A stretch of DNA of 64,000 nt from Occultella glacieicola (GTDB taxonomy: Bacteria > Actinomycetota > Actinomycetes > Actinomycetales > Beutenbergiaceae). The notes below the pieces were generated by a model. It made no database searches, was not told where the DNA came from, and worked only from the letters and a program-made list of their open reading frames with translations. The position numbers and the translations under genes are program-made. Shown here piece by piece: positions 60,703 through 64,000 of this stretch. The DNA lies in contig NZ_SMNA01000002.1 of NCBI RefSeq assembly GCF_004353825.1, positions 496,001-560,000 of the forward strand, read 5' to 3'. Every line of letters starts with the position of its first letter. The stretch's first letter is position 1.

Positions 60703-61827
60703 TCAGCGCGGGCTGTACGGGGAGACCACGACCTCGACGCGCTGGAACTCCTTGAGGTCGGAGTAGCCCGTGGTGGCCATCGCCCGGCGCAGGGCGCCGA
60801 ACAGGTTCAGGGTGCCGTCCGCCCTCGTTCCGGGGCCGAGCAGGATCTCCTCCAGGGTGCCGGCGGTGCCCACCCGGACCCGCTCGCCACGGGGCAGGTG
60901 CGGGTGGTGCGCCTCCGGGCCCCAGTGCCAGCCGCGGCCGGGCGCCTCGCTCGCCCGGGCCAGCGCGGCGCCGAGCATCACGGCGTCGGCACCGCAGCCG
61001 ATGGCCTTGACGAGGTCACCGCTGCGACCCACGCCACCGTCGGCGATCACGTGCACGTACCGGCCGCCCGACTCGTCGAGGTAGTCGCGACGGGCGGCGG
61101 CCACGTCCGCGACCGCGCTCGCCATCGGCGCGTGGATGCCGAGGGTCTGCCTCGTGGTGTGCGCGGCCCCACCGCCGAAGCCGACGAGCACCCCGGCTGC
61201 CCCGGTGCGCATCAGGTGCAGCGCCGCGGTGTAGGTCGACGCGCCGCCGACGATCACCGGCACGTCCAGTTCGTAGATGAAGCGCTTCAGGTTCAGTGGC
61301 TCCGCGTGGCCGGAGACGTGCTCCGCCGAGACCGTGGTGCCCCGGATGACGAACAGGTCCACCCCGGCGTCGACGACGGTGCGCCAGTGCTCCTGGGTGC
61401 GCTGCGGCGAGAGGGCACCGGCGACCGTGACCCCGGCCGCCCGGATCTCCTTGAGCCGGCCGGTGATCAGTTCGGGGATGATCGGCGCCGAGTACAGCTC
61501 CTGCATCCGCCCGGTGGCGCCGTCGACCGGCAGCTCCGCGATCTCGGCGAGCAGCGGCTCCGGGTCCTCGTATCGGGTCCACAGACCCTCCAGGTCGAGC
61601 ACCCCGATCCCACCGAGCTTGCCGAGCCCGATCGCCGTGGCCGGACTCATCACGGAGTCCATCGGCGCCGCGAGCACCGGGAGCTCGACCTGGTAGGCGT
61701 CGATCTGCCAGGAGACCGAGACCTCCTCCGGGTCGCGGGTACGCCGGGACGGCACCACCGCGATGTCGTCGAAGGAATAGGCGCGGCGTCCCCGCTTGCC
61801 TCGGCCGATCTCGATCTCGTTGCTCAC
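60703..61827 (-). CDS. guaB3: GuaB3-family IMP dehydrogenase-related protein
   Basis: EIEIGRGKRGRRAYSFDDI, NLKRFIYELDVPV, HVIADGG and MATTGYSDLKEFQRVE. Confidence 0.93.
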   Translation of the reverse strand: MSNEIEIGRGKRGRRAYSFDDIAVVPSRRTRDPEEVSVSWQIDAYQVELPVLAAPMDSVMSPATAIGLGKLGGIGVLDLEGLWTRYEDPEPLLAEIAELPVDGATGRMQELYSAPIIPELITGRLKEIRAAGVTVAGALSPQRTQEHWRTVVDAGVDLFVIRGTTVSAEHVSGHAEPLNLKRFIYELDVPVIVGGASTYTAALHLMRTGAAGVLVGFGGGAAHTTRQTLGIHAPMASAVADVAAARRDYLDESGGRYVHVIADGGVGRSGDLVKAIGCGADAVMLGAALARASEAPGRGWHWGPEAHHPHLPRGERVRVGTAGTLEEILLGPGTRADGTLNLFGALRRAMATTGYSDLKEFQRVEVVVSPYSPR

Positions 61828-61911
61828 ACCCAGCAGGTTACTCGTTCCGGTCGGCCCAACCCGGCCATGCGGCGGCCGCATCCACCGCCGGCGCGCGTGC
61901 CTCGCCGACGT

Positions 61912-61933
61912 TGTCGGTGGGGCATGGCAGGCT
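61912..61933 (+). promoter_or_regulatory. Probable PafBC-type promoter of the exonuclease gene
   Basis: TGTCGG-TGGGGCATGG-CAGGCT: N10 spacing, with CA instead of TA in the -10. Confidence 0.6.
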
Positions 61934-61961
61934 CGACCCCACGAACGCAAGGAGCGCATCG

Positions 61962-62723
61962 ATGACCACGAAGCCGGCGCGGGCGGCGCAGTCGCACCAC
62001 GATCGCACCTGGATCGACGGTCCCCTGCTCGGGTTCGACACCGAGACCACGGGCGTCAACCCGTTCAAGGACAGGATCGTCAGCGCCGCCCTGGTGGGAC
62101 GCGGTCGCCGGGGCACCGAGCAGCGCACCTGGCTGATCGACCCGGGCGTCGAGATCCCCGAGGAGGCGGCGGCGATCCATGGCATCTCCACCGCGCACGC
62201 CCGCGAGCGCGGCATGGACCCGGCCACGGCCCTGGCGCAGATCTCCGCCGAGCTCGTGGCCGCGTTCCGGCACGGGGTTCCGGTCGTGGCCTTCAACGCC
62301 TCGTTCGACCTGACCATCATCGAGCGGGAGCTCGAGCGGCACGGCCTGGTCACGATCGGTGAGCGGCTCGGCAGTCCGCTCGCTCCCGTCCTCGACCCGC
62401 TGGTGCTGGATCGTGGGCTCGACCGGCACCGGCTGGGCAAGCGCAAGCTCGTCGACCTCTGCGGGCACTACGGCGTGCAGGAGCGGGGCGAGCTGCACAC
62501 CGCCGACGTGGACGTGGCGGCCACCCTGGACGTCCTCGCGGAGCAGACCAGGCGCCACCCCGGCCTGGCGGACCGGTCGCTGCCCGAACTGCAGCGCTGG
62601 CAGACCGAGCAGCACCGGTCCTGGGCCGAGGACGTGAACGCCGACCGCGCCGACAAGGGACTACCGGGTGCGATCACGCTCGAGTGGCCGCTGTGCACGG
62701 TTCCGGAGACGATGACCGCCTGA
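61962..62723 (+). CDS. DEDDh 3'-5' exonuclease (DnaQ-like)
   Basis: FDTETTG, FNASFD and HTADVD motifs; AAGGAG RBS. Confidence 0.92.
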   Translation: MTTKPARAAQSHHDRTWIDGPLLGFDTETTGVNPFKDRIVSAALVGRGRRGTEQRTWLIDPGVEIPEEAAAIHGISTAHARERGMDPATALAQISAELVAAFRHGVPVVAFNASFDLTIIERELERHGLVTIGERLGSPLAPVLDPLVLDRGLDRHRLGKRKLVDLCGHYGVQERGELHTADVDVAATLDVLAEQTRRHPGLADRSLPELQRWQTEQHRSWAEDVNADRADKGLPGAITLEWPLCTVPETMTA

Positions 62724-62761
62724 GACCGCGCCAAGATCGAGGGGCGTCCCGGCCCGGCGGG

Positions 62762-64000
<1,239 letters not shown>

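Overview
A 64-kb window of high-GC actinobacterial chromosome. Gene order and sequence style suggest Micrococcales, but that is inference. The backbone is core purine, TCA and DNA-repair genes: purH with a ZTP riboswitch, purN, perM-like, sucCD, pcrA, guaA, xfp-pta-ackA, fumC, guaB3 and a 5'-truncated guaB. Accessory blocks sit between them: a Uma2 nuclease with two compensating frameshifts, a HelR/HelD ATPase, an OatA-like O-acyltransferase, three paralogous beta-propeller-like lipoproteins around a TAP-like peptidase, a MerR/aldo-keto reductase pair, a PspC two-component module, a heterodimeric ABC exporter, an Nramp-like transporter with an isomerase, and a sugar ABC/dehydrogenase/epimerase cluster. 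I saw no rRNA, tRNA, transposase, integrase, phage or cas genes. The most interesting signals are non-coding: a shared TamR-like palindrome at the tam and sucCD promoters, a CRISPR-like 36-27-36 bp repeat doublet, a conserved leader hairpin on two lipoprotein paralogues, helR without a recognisable RAE, PafBC-type promoters and many apparently leaderless genes. No single clearly new system is proven. All calls come from motif recognition by eye, with no database searches.
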